Shown piece after piece: positions 24,898-36,181 of a stretch of DNA of 64,000 nucleotides. Under the pieces are notes generated by a model. It worked only from the letters and a program-made list of their open reading frames with translations, was not told the origin of the DNA and made no database searches. The position numbers and the translations under genes were made by a program. Every line of letters starts with the position of its first letter. The stretch's first letter is position 1. Location: the NCBI RefSeq assembly GCF_055900595.2, contig NZ_CM148325.1; one strand, 5' to 3'.

Positions 24898-25451
24898 AGC
24901 GCAAAGTATTGTTAATTCCTTTGATTATCTTCCTGGCGATTGCCGCGGCGCTGCTGTGGCAGCTGGCACGTAATGCCGAAGGGGATGATCCGACCAATCT
25001 GGAATCGGCGCTCATTGGCAAGCCGGTGCCAAAGTTTCGCCTCGAATCACTGGACAATCCGGGGCAGTTTTATCAGGCGGATGTGCTGACTCAGGGCAAA
25101 CCAGTGCTGCTTAACGTCTGGGCGACCTGGTGTCCGACCTGCCGCGCGGAACATCAATATCTGAATCAGCTTTCTGCGCAGGGCATCCGCGTAGTTGGCA
25201 TGAACTATAAAGACGATCGCCAGAAAGCGATCAGCTGGCTGAAAGAGCTGGGCAATCCTTACGCGTTAAGCCTGTTTGATGGCGACGGCATGTTAGGGCT
25301 GGATCTCGGTGTCTATGGCGCGCCAGAAACGTTCCTCATCGACGGCAACGGCATCATTCGCTATCGCCATGCGGGTGATCTCAATCCCCGCGTCTGGCAA
25401 GAAGAGATCAAGCCGCTGTGGGAGAAATACAGTAAGGAGGCCGCACAATGA
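24894..25451 (+). CDS. ccmG: Thiol:disulfide interchange protein CcmG/DsbE, 185 aa
   Basis: Thioredoxin active site WATWCPTC. Confidence 0.96.
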   Translation: MKRKVLLIPLIIFLAIAAALLWQLARNAEGDDPTNLESALIGKPVPKFRLESLDNPGQFYQADVLTQGKPVLLNVWATWCPTCRAEHQYLNQLSAQGIRVVGMNYKDDRQKAISWLKELGNPYALSLFDGDGMLGLDLGVYGAPETFLIDGNGIIRYRHAGDLNPRVWQEEIKPLWEKYSKEAAQ

Positions 25452-26500
25452 GGTTTTTATTGGGCGTGCTGATGCTGATGATCTCCGGCTCAGCGCTGGC
25501 GACCATCGACGTGTTGCAGTTTAAAGATGAAGCACAGGAACAACAGTTTCGTCAGCTTACTGAAGAACTGCGCTGCCCGAAATGCCAGAATAACAGCATT
25601 GCCGATTCCAACTCGATGATTGCCACCGACCTGCGCCAGAAAGTGTACGAACTGATGCAGGAAGGTAAAAGTAAGAAAGAGATTGTCGATTATATGGTGG
25701 CGCGTTACGGCAACTTCGTCACTTACGACCCGCCGTTAACGCCGCTGACCGTTCTGCTGTGGGTGCTACCGGTGGTGGCTATTGGCATTGGCGGTTGGGT
25801 TATTTACTCCCGCTCACGGCGTCGGGTACGCGTGGTGCTGGAAGAGTTTCCTGAACAAAGCGTGCCGGAAGGTAAGCGTGCCGGATATGTTGTTTATCTG
25901 CCGGGTATTGTGGTGGCGTTAATTGTGGCTGGCGTCAGCTACTACCAGACCGGCAATTATCAGCAGGTGAAAATTTGGCAGCAGGCCACGGCACAGGCGC
26001 CGGCGTTATTGGACAGGGCGCTGGATCCGAAAGCCGATCCGCTCAACGAAGAAGAGATGTCCCGCCTTGCGCTGGGGATGCGTACTCAACTGCAAAAAAA
26101 TCCGGGAGATATAGAAGGCTGGATTATGTTGGGCCGCGTTGGCATGGCGCTGGGTAACGCCAGTATTGCCACCGATGCATACGCCACTGCGTATCGCCTC
26201 GATCCGAAGAACAGCGATGCTGCACTGGGATACGCTGAAGCGTTGACACGTTCATCTGATCCCAACGACAACCGCCTGGGTGGTGAACTGCTACGCCAGT
26301 TGGTGAGAACGGACCATAGCAATATCCGTGTGTTAAGCATGTATGCGTTTAATGCCTTTGAGCAGCAGCGATTTGGCGAAGCCGTTGCCGCGTGGGAGAT
26401 GATGTTGAAACTCTTACCTGCCAACGATACTCGCCGTGCGGTGATTGAACGTAGTATCGCGCAGGCGATGCAACACTTATCACCACAGGAGAGTAAATAA
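25448..26500 (+). CDS. ccmH: Cytochrome c-type biogenesis protein CcmH (fused CcmH/CcmI), 350 aa
   Basis: LRCPKCQN motif in the N-terminal domain, C-terminal TPR-like region. Confidence 0.94.
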   Translation: MRFLLGVLMLMISGSALATIDVLQFKDEAQEQQFRQLTEELRCPKCQNNSIADSNSMIATDLRQKVYELMQEGKSKKEIVDYMVARYGNFVTYDPPLTPLTVLLWVLPVVAIGIGGWVIYSRSRRRVRVVLEEFPEQSVPEGKRAGYVVYLPGIVVALIVAGVSYYQTGNYQQVKIWQQATAQAPALLDRALDPKADPLNEEEMSRLALGMRTQLQKNPGDIEGWIMLGRVGMALGNASIATDAYATAYRLDPKNSDAALGYAEALTRSSDPNDNRLGGELLRQLVRTDHSNIRVLSMYAFNAFEQQRFGEAVAAWEMMLKLLPANDTRRAVIERSIAQAMQHLSPQESK

Positions 26501-26544
26501 GAACAAGCCCGATGGTGATGCCATCGGGCCAGACTGATGGCAAA

Positions 26545-26670
26545 GTGCGCTTTGTTTATACCAGATGCGGCGTAAACGCCTTATTCAGCCTACAAAATCG
26601 TGCGAACTCAATACATTGCTCGATCCGCGTAGGCCTGATAAGCGTAGCGCATCGGGCAGTTTTGCGTTTG
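26545..26670. repeat. REP elements between ccmH and narP
   Basis: …ccagatgcggcgtaaacgccttattcagcctac… and …cgcgtaggcctgataagcgtagcgcatcgggc… REP-like imperfect palindromes. Confidence 0.75.
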
Positions 26671-26681
26671 TCATCAATATC

Positions 26682-26714
26682 AGCCCGAGGGTAAATCCAT
26701 CGGGCTATTTTTTT
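26682..26714 (+). terminator. Rho-independent terminator closing the nap-ccm transcription unit
   Basis: agcccgagggtaaatccatcgggct hairpin followed by attttttt; abuts the narP stop. Confidence 0.6.
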
Positions 26715-27360
26715 ATTGCGCCCCACGTTGTTGCAGGAACAGAATAGTGGCCGCCACGCGTGAGCGGACATTGAGTTTACGCAGCAGATTACGAATGTGT
26801 ACTTTTACTGTCTGCTCGGAAATATTCAACACCGAGGCAATCTGTTTATTTGACAGTCCCTGTGCCAGCTCGTGCAGAACATCCAGCTCGCGCTCCGTCA
26901 GCACGCTGAAGGGATCTTCTTCCGCGCCAAACATTTCACGTTCACGTAAGTACTGATTGACGCGTTCGCTAAAGACTTTGCTGCCTTTCGCTCCGGCACG
27001 AATCGCTTCCAGCAACACTTCCGGGTCGCTGTCTTTCAACAGATAACCGTCTGCGCCTGCGTCTATCAGCGCAAAGACATCGCTGGAGGCATCTGATACG
27101 GTCAGGATAATAATTTGCGCGGTAACGCCATCCCTGCGCAAGGCATTGAGGGTATCCAGGCCACTCATACCTTTCATATTGAGATCCAGCAAGATCACGT
27201 CAATATCCAGTCTATTCGCCAGATCGATAGCACTTGCGCCGTCGCCCGCTTCGGCGACCACTTCAAAGCCAGGATCAAGCTCCAGTAACTGACGAACACC
27301 GCGTCGCATAAGTGGATGATCATCCACAATCATCACCTGAAAAGGCGTTGCTTCAGGCAT
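26713..27360 (-). CDS. narP: Nitrate/nitrite response regulator NarP, 215 aa
   Basis: Start at MPEATPFQVMIVDDHPLMRRG (receiver); LuxR HTH …LSNKQIASVLNISEQTVKVHIRNLLRKL…; ORF track start is 10 aa upstream. Confidence 0.95.
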   Translation of the reverse strand: MPEATPFQVMIVDDHPLMRRGVRQLLELDPGFEVVAEAGDGASAIDLANRLDIDVILLDLNMKGMSGLDTLNALRRDGVTAQIIILTVSDASSDVFALIDAGADGYLLKDSDPEVLLEAIRAGAKGSKVFSERVNQYLREREMFGAEEDPFSVLTERELDVLHELAQGLSNKQIASVLNISEQTVKVHIRNLLRKLNVRSRVAATILFLQQRGAQ

Positions 27361-27679
27361 AGTAGTCTCCTGAGGTTTTATTAGAATCATTATGTTTGAG
27401 CGTAGCGTTGGAAACGCTACCAGGCGCGTGAATGTTACCCCATTTTATGTATGGACATGTAGTGAAAAGTACAGCTCAGTAGTTCATCCTCGCATCATTT
27501 TCATTATAAATATGGAATTTTGCATCAACTTCCCATCAAGAAAAACAACTAAAAAATCAATCACAATACTTGTGCATTTCTTTAAACAGTTTTTAAAAAC
27601 TGACTCCGGGTATGGCGCTATGGGTATTTTCAGTACCCAATGCTTTTGACAGCAATTAATTTCATAGGATGAAAGATTA

Positions 27680-30274
27680 ATGCATCACTCTGGTTCTGTT
27701 TCTCTTTGTCGTTCCGCAATATCTGTTCTGGTGGCTACAGCGTTATATTCACCCATAGCATTGGCATCAACTGTTGAGTATGGTGAGACAGTTGATGGTG
27801 TTGTCCTGGAAAAAGATATCCAGCTGGTTTATGGGACCGCCAATAATACGAAAATCAATCCTGGCGGAGAACAGCATATAAAAGAATTTGGTGTAAGTAG
27901 TAATACTGAAATTAACGGAGGGTATCAGTACATTGAAATGAATGGCACCGCAGAATACTCAGTATTAAATGACGGTTATCAAATTGTTCAAATGGGTGGC
28001 GCGGCAAACCAGACAACCCTCAATAATGGTGTGCTACAGGTTTATGGCGCAGCGAATAATACTACCATTAAAGGCGGGCGCTTAATTATTGAAAAAGATG
28101 GGATTACCGTCTTTGCCGCTATCGAAAAGGGAGGATTACTGGAGGTTAAAGAGGGGGGATTAGCATTTGCGGTAGATCAGAAAGCAGGCGGTGCGATTAA
28201 AACAACCACGCGGGCCATGGAGGTATTCGGAACAAACCGTCTCGGTCAGTTCGATATCAAGGATGGTATTGCTAATAATATGTTGTTGGAAAACGGTGGA
28301 AGTTTGCGAGTTGAAGAAAATGACTTCGCTTATAATACTACTGTGGATAACGGCGGTTTACTGGAGGTTATGGATGGCGGGACTGCAACTGGCGTTGATA
28401 AAAAAGCAGGCGGAAAATTAATTGTCTCAACGAATGCGCTGGAAGTGAGTGGTACAAACAGTAAAGGCCAATTTAGTATAAAAGATGGTGTGTCAAAAAA
28501 TTATGAACTGGATGATGGTTCCGGGCTCATTGTTATGGAGGGCACTCAGGCAATTGACACTATCCTTGATGAGCATGCAACCATGCAATCGTTGGGAAGA
28601 GATACTGGTACGAGAGTGCAGGCACATGCAGTTTATGATCTTGGTCGGTCAGTGCAGAATGGAAGCATAAAATATTCCTCAAATGCCATATCTGAAAATA
28701 TGGTTATCGATAATGGTCGCGCTAATGTCTGGACTGGCACAATGGTTAACGTAACAGTCAGAGGAAATGAGGGCATTATTGATGCAATGGCGCTGGAATT
28801 AAATTTTTATACACCGGCTACATTTTTAGGTGACGTGGTGGTTTCTGATGGTGCATCTTTAAGAACGCATGGCGCAGTGGATACCAGTAAAGCAGATGTT
28901 TCTATCGAAGAGAGTTTTTGGGCTATTATTGCCGATATCAATAATATAAACCAAAACACCCGTCTCAATTTAGCAAACCTGGTGATGTCAGACGGAACTG
29001 TCGTTATGATGGCTGAGCCAGTGACTCGTTCATCTGTGACGGCAAGTGCGGAAAATTTCACTACGTTGACCACCAATACCCTATCGGGAAACGGCAATTT
29101 TTATATGCGTACCGATATGGCTAATCATCAGAGCGATCAGCTTAACGTCACCGGTCAGGCTACAGGTGATTTCAAAATATTCGTGACGGACACCGGTGCC
29201 AGCCCGGCAGCAGGAGATAGCCTTACACTGGTAACAACGGGCGGCGGTGATGCTGCATTTACGTTGGGCAATGCCGGAGGCGTTGTTGATATCGGTACGT
29301 ATGAATATACCTTGCTGGATAATGGCAACCATAGCTGGAGTCTGGCAGAGAATCGCGCGCAAATTACCCCTTCAACCACTGATGTGTTGAATATGGCGGC
29401 AGCACAACCGCTGGTATTTGATGCAGAACTGGACACCGTGCGTGAGCGTCTTGGTAGCGTAAAAGGCGTTAATTACGATACGGCGATGTGGAGTTCGGCA
29501 ATTAACACCCGCAACAACGTGACCACTGATGCGGGAGCTGGCTTTGAGCAAACATTGACGGGGCTGACGCTCGGTATCGATAGCCGTTTCTCCCGTGAAG
29601 AAAGCAGTACAATTCGCGGCTTGTTCTTTGGTTACTCTCATTCTGATATTGGTTTTGATCGCGGCGGCAAAGGCAATGTCGATAGCTATACCCTGGGGGC
29701 TTATGCCGGTTGGGAGCATCAGAACGGTGCCTATGTTGATGGGGTGGTGAAAGTTGACCGTTTTGCCAACACCATCCATGGCAAGATGAGTAATGGGGCA
29801 ACAGCGTTTGGCGATTACAGTAGTAACGGCGCGGGTGCTCATGTCGAGAGCGGGTTCCGTTGGGTTGACGGATTGTGGAGTGTTAGACCTTATCTGGCCT
29901 TTACCGGCTTTACCACAGATGGTCAGGACTACACGTTATCAAACGGCATGCGCGCGGATGTGGGAAATACCCGCATATTACGCGCTGAAGCGGGAACGGC
30001 GGTAAGCTATCACATGGACCTGCAAAACGGTACGACGCTGGAACCCTGGCTGAAAGCCGCCGTACGTCAGGAATACGCCGATTCTAACCAGGTGAATGTT
30101 AATGACGACGGCAAATTTAATAACGATGTGGCTGGAACCCGTGGCGTTTATCAGGCTGGGATAAGGTCATCGTTTACCCCGACGTTAAGCGGTCATTTGT
30201 CAGTCAGCTATGGCAATGGCGCGGGGGTAGAATCAGCGTGGAATACCCAGGCGGGTGTGGTCTGGACGTTCTGA
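27680..30274 (+). CDS. yejO: Autotransporter (type Va) outer-membrane protein, adhesin-like, intact 864 aa
   Basis: N-terminal signal peptide (…ATALYSPIALAS…), passenger with degenerate repeats (VYGTANNTKINPGG…, VYGAANNTTIKGGRLII…), C-terminal beta-barrel ending in the OMP signature …QAGVVWTF; passenger region visibly AT-rich. Confidence 0.85.
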   Translation: MHHSGSVSLCRSAISVLVATALYSPIALASTVEYGETVDGVVLEKDIQLVYGTANNTKINPGGEQHIKEFGVSSNTEINGGYQYIEMNGTAEYSVLNDGYQIVQMGGAANQTTLNNGVLQVYGAANNTTIKGGRLIIEKDGITVFAAIEKGGLLEVKEGGLAFAVDQKAGGAIKTTTRAMEVFGTNRLGQFDIKDGIANNMLLENGGSLRVEENDFAYNTTVDNGGLLEVMDGGTATGVDKKAGGKLIVSTNALEVSGTNSKGQFSIKDGVSKNYELDDGSGLIVMEGTQAIDTILDEHATMQSLGRDTGTRVQAHAVYDLGRSVQNGSIKYSSNAISENMVIDNGRANVWTGTMVNVTVRGNEGIIDAMALELNFYTPATFLGDVVVSDGASLRTHGAVDTSKADVSIEESFWAIIADINNINQNTRLNLANLVMSDGTVVMMAEPVTRSSVTASAENFTTLTTNTLSGNGNFYMRTDMANHQSDQLNVTGQATGDFKIFVTDTGASPAAGDSLTLVTTGGGDAAFTLGNAGGVVDIGTYEYTLLDNGNHSWSLAENRAQITPSTTDVLNMAAAQPLVFDAELDTVRERLGSVKGVNYDTAMWSSAINTRNNVTTDAGAGFEQTLTGLTLGIDSRFSREESSTIRGLFFGYSHSDIGFDRGGKGNVDSYTLGAYAGWEHQNGAYVDGVVKVDRFANTIHGKMSNGATAFGDYSSNGAGAHVESGFRWVDGLWSVRPYLAFTGFTTDGQDYTLSNGMRADVGNTRILRAEAGTAVSYHMDLQNGTTLEPWLKAAVRQEYADSNQVNVNDDGKFNNDVAGTRGVYQAGIRSSFTPTLSGHLSVSYGNGAGVESAWNTQAGVVWTF

Positions 30275-30339
30275 TAACAGAAAATAAACAGGCCGTAATG
30301 TGTCGCGGTCTGTTTATCAAATTAATCGCAGATATAAAA

Positions 30340-30372
30340 AAACCAACCGCAATAGGTTGGTTTTCTTGGGAT
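30340..30372 (-). terminator. Terminator of proL (minus strand); may also stop yejO on the plus strand
   Basis: aaccaaccgcaataggttggtt hairpin flanked by A-run on one side and T-run on the other. Confidence 0.7.
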
Positions 30373-30375
30373 TTT

Positions 30376-30452
30376 TGGTCGGCACGAGAGGATTTGAACC
30401 TCCGACCCCCGACACCCCATGACGGTGCGCTACCAGGCTGCGCTACGTGCCG
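30376..30452 (-). tRNA. proL: tRNA-Pro (anticodon GGG)
   Basis: Reverse complement reads CGGCACGTAGCGCAGCCTGGTAGCGCACCGTCATGGGGTGTCGGGGGTCGGAGGTTCAAATCCTCTCGTGCCGACCA; cloverleaf with anticodon loop CATGGGGTG and 3' CCA. Confidence 0.95.
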
Positions 30453-30526
30453 ACTCGTGGCTGCTAATACTACCGTTTTCCACACCGATTGCAAGTAAGA
30501 TATTTTGCTAACTGATTTATAATTAA

Positions 30527-32287
30527 TCAGTTAGCGATAAAACGCTTCTCTTCTGTCAGTACTTGTAATAACAAACTTAACTGTGGTTTTTCATCTTTCA
30601 CTCTTTCACCACGTAAGTTGTAAGTACGGTATTTACCGTTATTGTTCAGCACCAGCGTCTTTTTCGGGGTGGTAATTGCCAGCGTATCGTTATCCGCGGC
30701 GGTAACCCAGTAATGACGGCGTTGAGGGTTGAACAAATCCTGACCTTGCGAATATTCGCTGGCAGGTGTGCTGACATGTAGCAGGCGTTGCATCAGCGTC
30801 GTCATCAGATCGGTATGATCAGTCAGCGCATTAATACGCTGCGCCGGCGTGCCTGGCCAGTGAATCACTAATGGTACCTGCAGATGACCGTGGGACCAGT
30901 CAAAGGTTTCTTCCTCTTCGCTCAGCGGAATACCCCGGCCGGCAGTGATAATCACCACCGTATTGTCCAGTTTGCCAGAATCACGCAGTGCATTGAGCAC
31001 GCGGTTGATCTGGTCATCGACATTGCCTGCCGCCCGGCTATATTTCCGTGCAAATGCCTGCTGATTGCTGTCGTCAATGTTAGTGCCATTGAAAGAGACC
31101 CACGAGAACCAGCGGTTATCTTCTTGTGCGTAGCGGCCCAGCCAGTTGATCCACTGCGTGGCGGTCTGCTCGTCGGATTGGGTACGTACGCTCGGCATCG
31201 AGAAATCTGACAACAATGCCTGGCGATACAGCGGGCTGGTAAAGCCATCTGACGAGAATAACCCCAGCTGATAGCCTTGCTGGTTAAGCGCAGTAATTAA
31301 CGCCGCAGGCGTACGGGTCGACAGAATGCCGTCCATATAGCTTGGCGAGATGCCATAGAACAGGCCAAAGATGCCGTTGTCTGTAGTGTTGCCGGAACTC
31401 ATATGACGTGTGAACGAAATATTTTGCTCAGCAAAACCTGCCAGTGCAGGCATCTGTTTCTCGAAGCGTGAGTAATTCAGGCCATCGACAGTGATCAACA
31501 GCACATTCTGCCCGGTGCCCATATCGCGATAGCGCAGCTCGCTTAACGGATACTGAACGGAAACAGCGTCTGGGTTACCTTGCTCAATGAGACGGCGTTG
31601 ATACTCTTGTGCATCAAGCAAACCATGCTTCTCAAGAAAACGTCGTGCCGTCATCGGGTACGAAAGCGGCAGGTTAGCGCGCTGCATGGTGATCGGGCGA
31701 TAGAAGTTGGCATCGGCCCAGATATACACCACATGCGAGGCAATAAAAGCGATAAATAAGAATGCGGCCAGCGGGCGCGCGAAGCGCCGACGACGCGTCA
31801 GGCTGCGAAGCTTTTGCCAGCTCCACGTCGCAAACACCAGTTCAAGCAATAAAATAACCGGCACGCTAATGAACATCAGCTGCCAGTCGCGCGCCATCTC
31901 ATTTTCGTCTGGGTTGATAACCAACTGCCAGACGATGGGATTAAGATGGAGATGGAAACGAGTAAAGACTTCGCTATCGATCAGTAATAGCGTCATTCCC
32001 GCCGTTGCTAAAATGACGGACAAAAACCTCATCAGCCTCTGGGAGCCGACGATAAAAGTCAGCGGGAAGAGGATCAGCAAGTAGGTGGCAAACACCAGGA
32101 AGCTGAAATGGCCGATAATGCTTACGTAGGAATAAATACGACCAGCAAGCGTTGTCGGCCAGTCGGCGATAAACAGGTAACGGCTGCCAATGACGAGCGA
32201 AAGCAGAATATTGAACAGTGCAAACCAGTGCCCCCAACTGACCATCTGGGAGACTTTTTCACGGTAGCGCTGACGATGAGTTACCAT
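30527..32287 (-). CDS. yejM: Inner-membrane protein YejM (PbgA/LapC), sulfatase-like periplasmic domain, 586 aa
   Basis: Five N-terminal TM helices followed by alkaline-phosphatase/sulfatase-like domain; 586 aa; synteny with yejL and proL. Confidence 0.93.
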   Translation of the reverse strand: MVTHRQRYREKVSQMVSWGHWFALFNILLSLVIGSRYLFIADWPTTLAGRIYSYVSIIGHFSFLVFATYLLILFPLTFIVGSQRLMRFLSVILATAGMTLLLIDSEVFTRFHLHLNPIVWQLVINPDENEMARDWQLMFISVPVILLLELVFATWSWQKLRSLTRRRRFARPLAAFLFIAFIASHVVYIWADANFYRPITMQRANLPLSYPMTARRFLEKHGLLDAQEYQRRLIEQGNPDAVSVQYPLSELRYRDMGTGQNVLLITVDGLNYSRFEKQMPALAGFAEQNISFTRHMSSGNTTDNGIFGLFYGISPSYMDGILSTRTPAALITALNQQGYQLGLFSSDGFTSPLYRQALLSDFSMPSVRTQSDEQTATQWINWLGRYAQEDNRWFSWVSFNGTNIDDSNQQAFARKYSRAAGNVDDQINRVLNALRDSGKLDNTVVIITAGRGIPLSEEEETFDWSHGHLQVPLVIHWPGTPAQRINALTDHTDLMTTLMQRLLHVSTPASEYSQGQDLFNPQRRHYWVTAADNDTLAITTPKKTLVLNNNGKYRTYNLRGERVKDEKPQLSLLLQVLTEEKRFIAN

Positions 32288-32306
32288 AACCTGTTATCTG
32301 TTTCCC

Positions 32307-32534
32307 TTAGTGCGCTTTGTCTTCGTTGATAGAGGACTGTAAGGCGCGGGCAAAAGAGTTGGCAATTGCCTGGCGTTGGGCCGGGGCAATGCTGGTGTTG
32401 ATAAGGTTAGTGACCATGTTGCCTAACACCATCAGGGAAAGGTCGGTCGGAGCCTTATGTTTTTCCAGTACGTTGAGCAGCTCTGCGAGCAATTGTTCAA
32501 CCTGTTCATCACTGTAGCGGGAAATTTGTGGCAT
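32307..32534 (-). CDS. yejL: UPF0352 small protein YejL, 75 aa
   Basis: 75-aa ORF immediately upstream of yejM on the same strand. Confidence 0.9.
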
Positions 32535-32715
32535 AAATCGAAATCAGTTAGTTGATGAAAGGGCAACATATTACCGTAGCAACGGTTTTTTTTCTGCTTT
32601 TTTATGCTTTAAATCATTCTCGTTACGCCGCCTTCTGTAAAATGACCGCCATCTTTTATTGCGTCGCTTTACCGGCGGTGGTTGAATACCGGCCGGTCTT
32701 AAAGGAGAGTTTATC

Positions 32716-33723
32716 ATGAGTCTGGATATCAACCAGATTGCTCTGCACCAGCTTATCAAGCGTGATGAGCAGAACCTTGAGCTGGTGTTGCGCGATTCAT
32801 TGCTGGAACCGACAGAAACCGTCGTTGAGATGGTGGCAGAACTGCATCGGGTCTATAGCGCCAAAAATAAAGCATACGGCTTGTTCAGCGAAGAGAGTGA
32901 ACTGGCGCAGACGCTACGCTTACAGCGTCAGGGCGAAGAGGACTTTCTGGCCTTTAGCCGCGCGGCAACCGGTCGCCTGCGTGACGAATTAGCGAAATAT
33001 CCTTTTGCTGACGGTGGCTTCGTGCTGTTTTGTCACTACCGTTATTTAGCTGTCGAATATCTGCTGGTGGCGGTTCTGAGCAACCTGAGCAGTATGCGCG
33101 TTAACGAAAATCTCGACATCAACCCGACCCATTATCTTGATATCAATCATGCGGATATTGTTGCGCGTATTGATTTAACCGAATGGGAAACCAATCCAGA
33201 GTCGACCCGGTATCTCACTTTCCTGAAAGGGCGAGTCGGGCGCAAAGTGGCCGATTTCTTCATGGACTTCCTCGGTGCCAGCGAAGGGTTGAACGCGAAA
33301 GCGCAAAACCGCGGATTATTGCAGGCGGTTGATGATTTCACTGCCGAAGCACAACTGGATAAAGCAGAACGGCAGAACGTGCGTCAGCAGGTCTACAGCT
33401 ACTGTAATGAGCAATTGCAGGCGGGTGAAGAGATCGAGCTTGAATCGCTGTCGAAAGAGCTGGCGGGCGTCAGCGAAGTGAGCTTCACGGAATTTGCGGC
33501 TGAAAAAGGCTACGAACTTGAAGAGAGCTTCCCGGCAGACCGTAGCACGTTGCGTCAGTTGACGAAGTTTGCCGGTAGCGGTGGTGGCTTGACCATTAAC
33601 TTTGATGCGATGCTGTTAGGTGAGCGCATTTTCTGGGACCCGGCGACCGATACCCTGACCATTAAAGGCACGCCGCCGAACTTGCGCGATCAATTGCAGC
33701 GCCGGACGTCTGGCGGCAATTAA
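32716..33723 (+). CDS. yejK: Nucleoid-associated protein YejK (NdpA), 335 aa
   Basis: 335-aa ORF with RBS aaggagag; sequence [19 protein letters not shown]… typical of NdpA. Confidence 0.94.
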
Positions 33724-33737
33724 TCGGTTTGGTGTTA

Positions 33738-33778
33738 TGAATGCCAGATGCGGCGTGAACGCCTTATCTGGCCTACAA
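33738..33778. repeat. REP element
   Basis: atgccagatgcggcgtgaacgccttatctggcctac. Confidence 0.75.
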
Positions 33779-33816
33779 AAAATAGCAATACCGTAATCAG
33801 GCATAATTTGCAGATA

Positions 33817-33848
33817 CAAAAAACCCCGCCGGAGCGGGGTTTTTTTTA
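33817..33848. terminator. Bidirectional rho-independent terminator between yejK and rplY
   Basis: aaaaaaccccgccggagcggggtttttttt: GC stem flanked by A-run and T-run. Confidence 0.85.
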
Positions 33849-33863
33849 CAACTTATTCAGCGA

Positions 33864-34256
<393 letters not shown>

Positions 34257-34272
34257 TCAATTAAAACTACCA

Positions 34273-36033
34273 TTAACCGCGTAATTCGTGTGCCCGACGA
34301 AAACGACCTTCGTAATCAAACACTTTTTCGCGCACTTGCCAGTACTGGCCTTTCATTCGTGCGACGACGAAATCCGGATGGCGCAGCAACGCTTGTTGGG
34401 CGAGGATATCAGCAGCGGTGATCCAGCGCAGAGGGATGCCCGGTGTACGCGTATGCGGGCGGATAAAAAGCTGCTCGAAGGCGGTACGCTGGGCGGGCGT
34501 TTGCAGACGGAAACGCTCACTCACATCCGCGCCGTCTTCATCGTAATAGGTGATTTTCAGCCATTCGCCTTTCTCGTCGTGCCCATGTTGCAAAGACATG
34601 CCGCTACAGCGTAATACCAGCGCGTCTTTCAGTCGTAGCGCCGCTTTTAACATATCGTCCGGATCAACCAGAATGGTGTCACATTCGCGGCAGCGGCGGG
34701 CGGCTATATCATTTTCTGCGTTACATTGTGGGCAATTCTTAAAACGGAAGCGGAAGTCACACTGTTCGCGATGACCGTCGTCATCTTCAAACCATCCCTG
34801 ACAACGACGACCAAAGTGTTCAATCAATGTCCCGTCGGCGGTCGTTTTCCCCCAAAAGGTGTTGGCAAAACCGCAGGCAGGGCAGAAAACCTGTACCGGA
34901 ACGTTGTCACTTTTGCCTTTAGGTGTACCAACTTCCGGCGCGTAGAGATCGTGAGGATTACCCGCATAATCAAGAATTAAGCAATCAGTCTTGCCGGGAG
35001 CCAGACGCAGACCGCGCCCGACAATTTGTTGGTAAAGACTCACTGATTCGGTAGGGCGCAGAATAGCGATAAGATCGACGTGCGGGGCGTCAAATCCGGT
35101 GGTCAGTACCGCGACGTTGACCAGATAGCGAAAACGCTGGGCTTTAAAATCTTCAATTAATACATCGCGTTCAGCGCCTGGCGTGTCGCCAGTAATAAGT
35201 GCTGCATCCTCAGCGGGCAGCAAGCCGACAATCTCTTTTGCGTGTTCGACTGTCGCAGCGAAAATCATCACCCCTTTGCGCGTTGCGGCGAACTCCATAA
35301 TCTGGCTGATGATGTGCGGGGTAATACGTTGCTGTTTTTTCAGCTCGCGGTTGAGATCGGCTTCGCTGAACAGCCCGTTACTCTGTGCCTGCAATCGGCT
35401 GAAATCGTATTGCACTACTGGCATATCCAGTCGTTCTGGCGGCGTCAGATAGCCGTGTTTAATCATATAACGCAGCGGCAGCTCATAAATACAGTCGCGG
35501 AAAAGGGCTTTCTCATCGCCGCGTACCATGCCGTGATAATGAAACTGATAAATCCAGCCTTTGCCCAACCGAAAAGGCGTGGCAGTCAGCCCTAACAGGC
35601 GTAAGCGGGGATTCACTTTTGTCAGGTGAGTGAGGATTTGCTGATACTGGCTCTCTTCATCGTCACCAATACGATGGCATTCATCGACAATCAACAGTGA
35701 AAATTCACCCTGAAAGGCATCAAGGTTACGGGCGACCGATTGCACGCTGCCAAATACTACTTTACCGTGGCTCTCTTTACGCTTTAGCCCAGCGGCAAAG
35801 ATATCGGCTTCCAGTCCCAGTGCCTGATATTTTGCATGGTTTTGCGCCACCAGTTCTTTAACGTGTGCCAGCACCAGCACGCGACCACGCGCCAGCCGCG
35901 CCAGTTCCGCTATCACCAGGCTTTTACCGGCACCGGTGGGCAGCACGATAACGGCAGGGGTTTTATGACGACGAAAATGGTTGAGCGTGGCATCCACGGC
36001 TTCTTGCTGATATGGACGAAGTGTAAAAATCAT
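34273..36033 (-). CDS. radD: ATP-dependent DNA repair helicase RadD (YejH), 586 aa
   Basis: Walker [11 protein letters not shown], DEcH box LIVDECHR, C-terminal zinc-finger Cys pairs (CPACG…CPQCN…CREC). Confidence 0.94.
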   Translation of the reverse strand: MIFTLRPYQQEAVDATLNHFRRHKTPAVIVLPTGAGKSLVIAELARLARGRVLVLAHVKELVAQNHAKYQALGLEADIFAAGLKRKESHGKVVFGSVQSVARNLDAFQGEFSLLIVDECHRIGDDEESQYQQILTHLTKVNPRLRLLGLTATPFRLGKGWIYQFHYHGMVRGDEKALFRDCIYELPLRYMIKHGYLTPPERLDMPVVQYDFSRLQAQSNGLFSEADLNRELKKQQRITPHIISQIMEFAATRKGVMIFAATVEHAKEIVGLLPAEDAALITGDTPGAERDVLIEDFKAQRFRYLVNVAVLTTGFDAPHVDLIAILRPTESVSLYQQIVGRGLRLAPGKTDCLILDYAGNPHDLYAPEVGTPKGKSDNVPVQVFCPACGFANTFWGKTTADGTLIEHFGRRCQGWFEDDDGHREQCDFRFRFKNCPQCNAENDIAARRCRECDTILVDPDDMLKAALRLKDALVLRCSGMSLQHGHDEKGEWLKITYYDEDGADVSERFRLQTPAQRTAFEQLFIRPHTRTPGIPLRWITAADILAQQALLRHPDFVVARMKGQYWQVREKVFDYEGRFRRAHELRG

Positions 36034-36181
36034 GGTCTCGCGTAGGTAGATTATTCTGCCAATAGTATGCCATGGATCTTTTTCCCTTGAGGGATGTTAT
36101 TAGACCGCTATACTGGGCAGACAACAGTTCAGATTTTCGGGTCAATGCCCGACCTCCGTTTTTACAGGCAAAATCACACAC

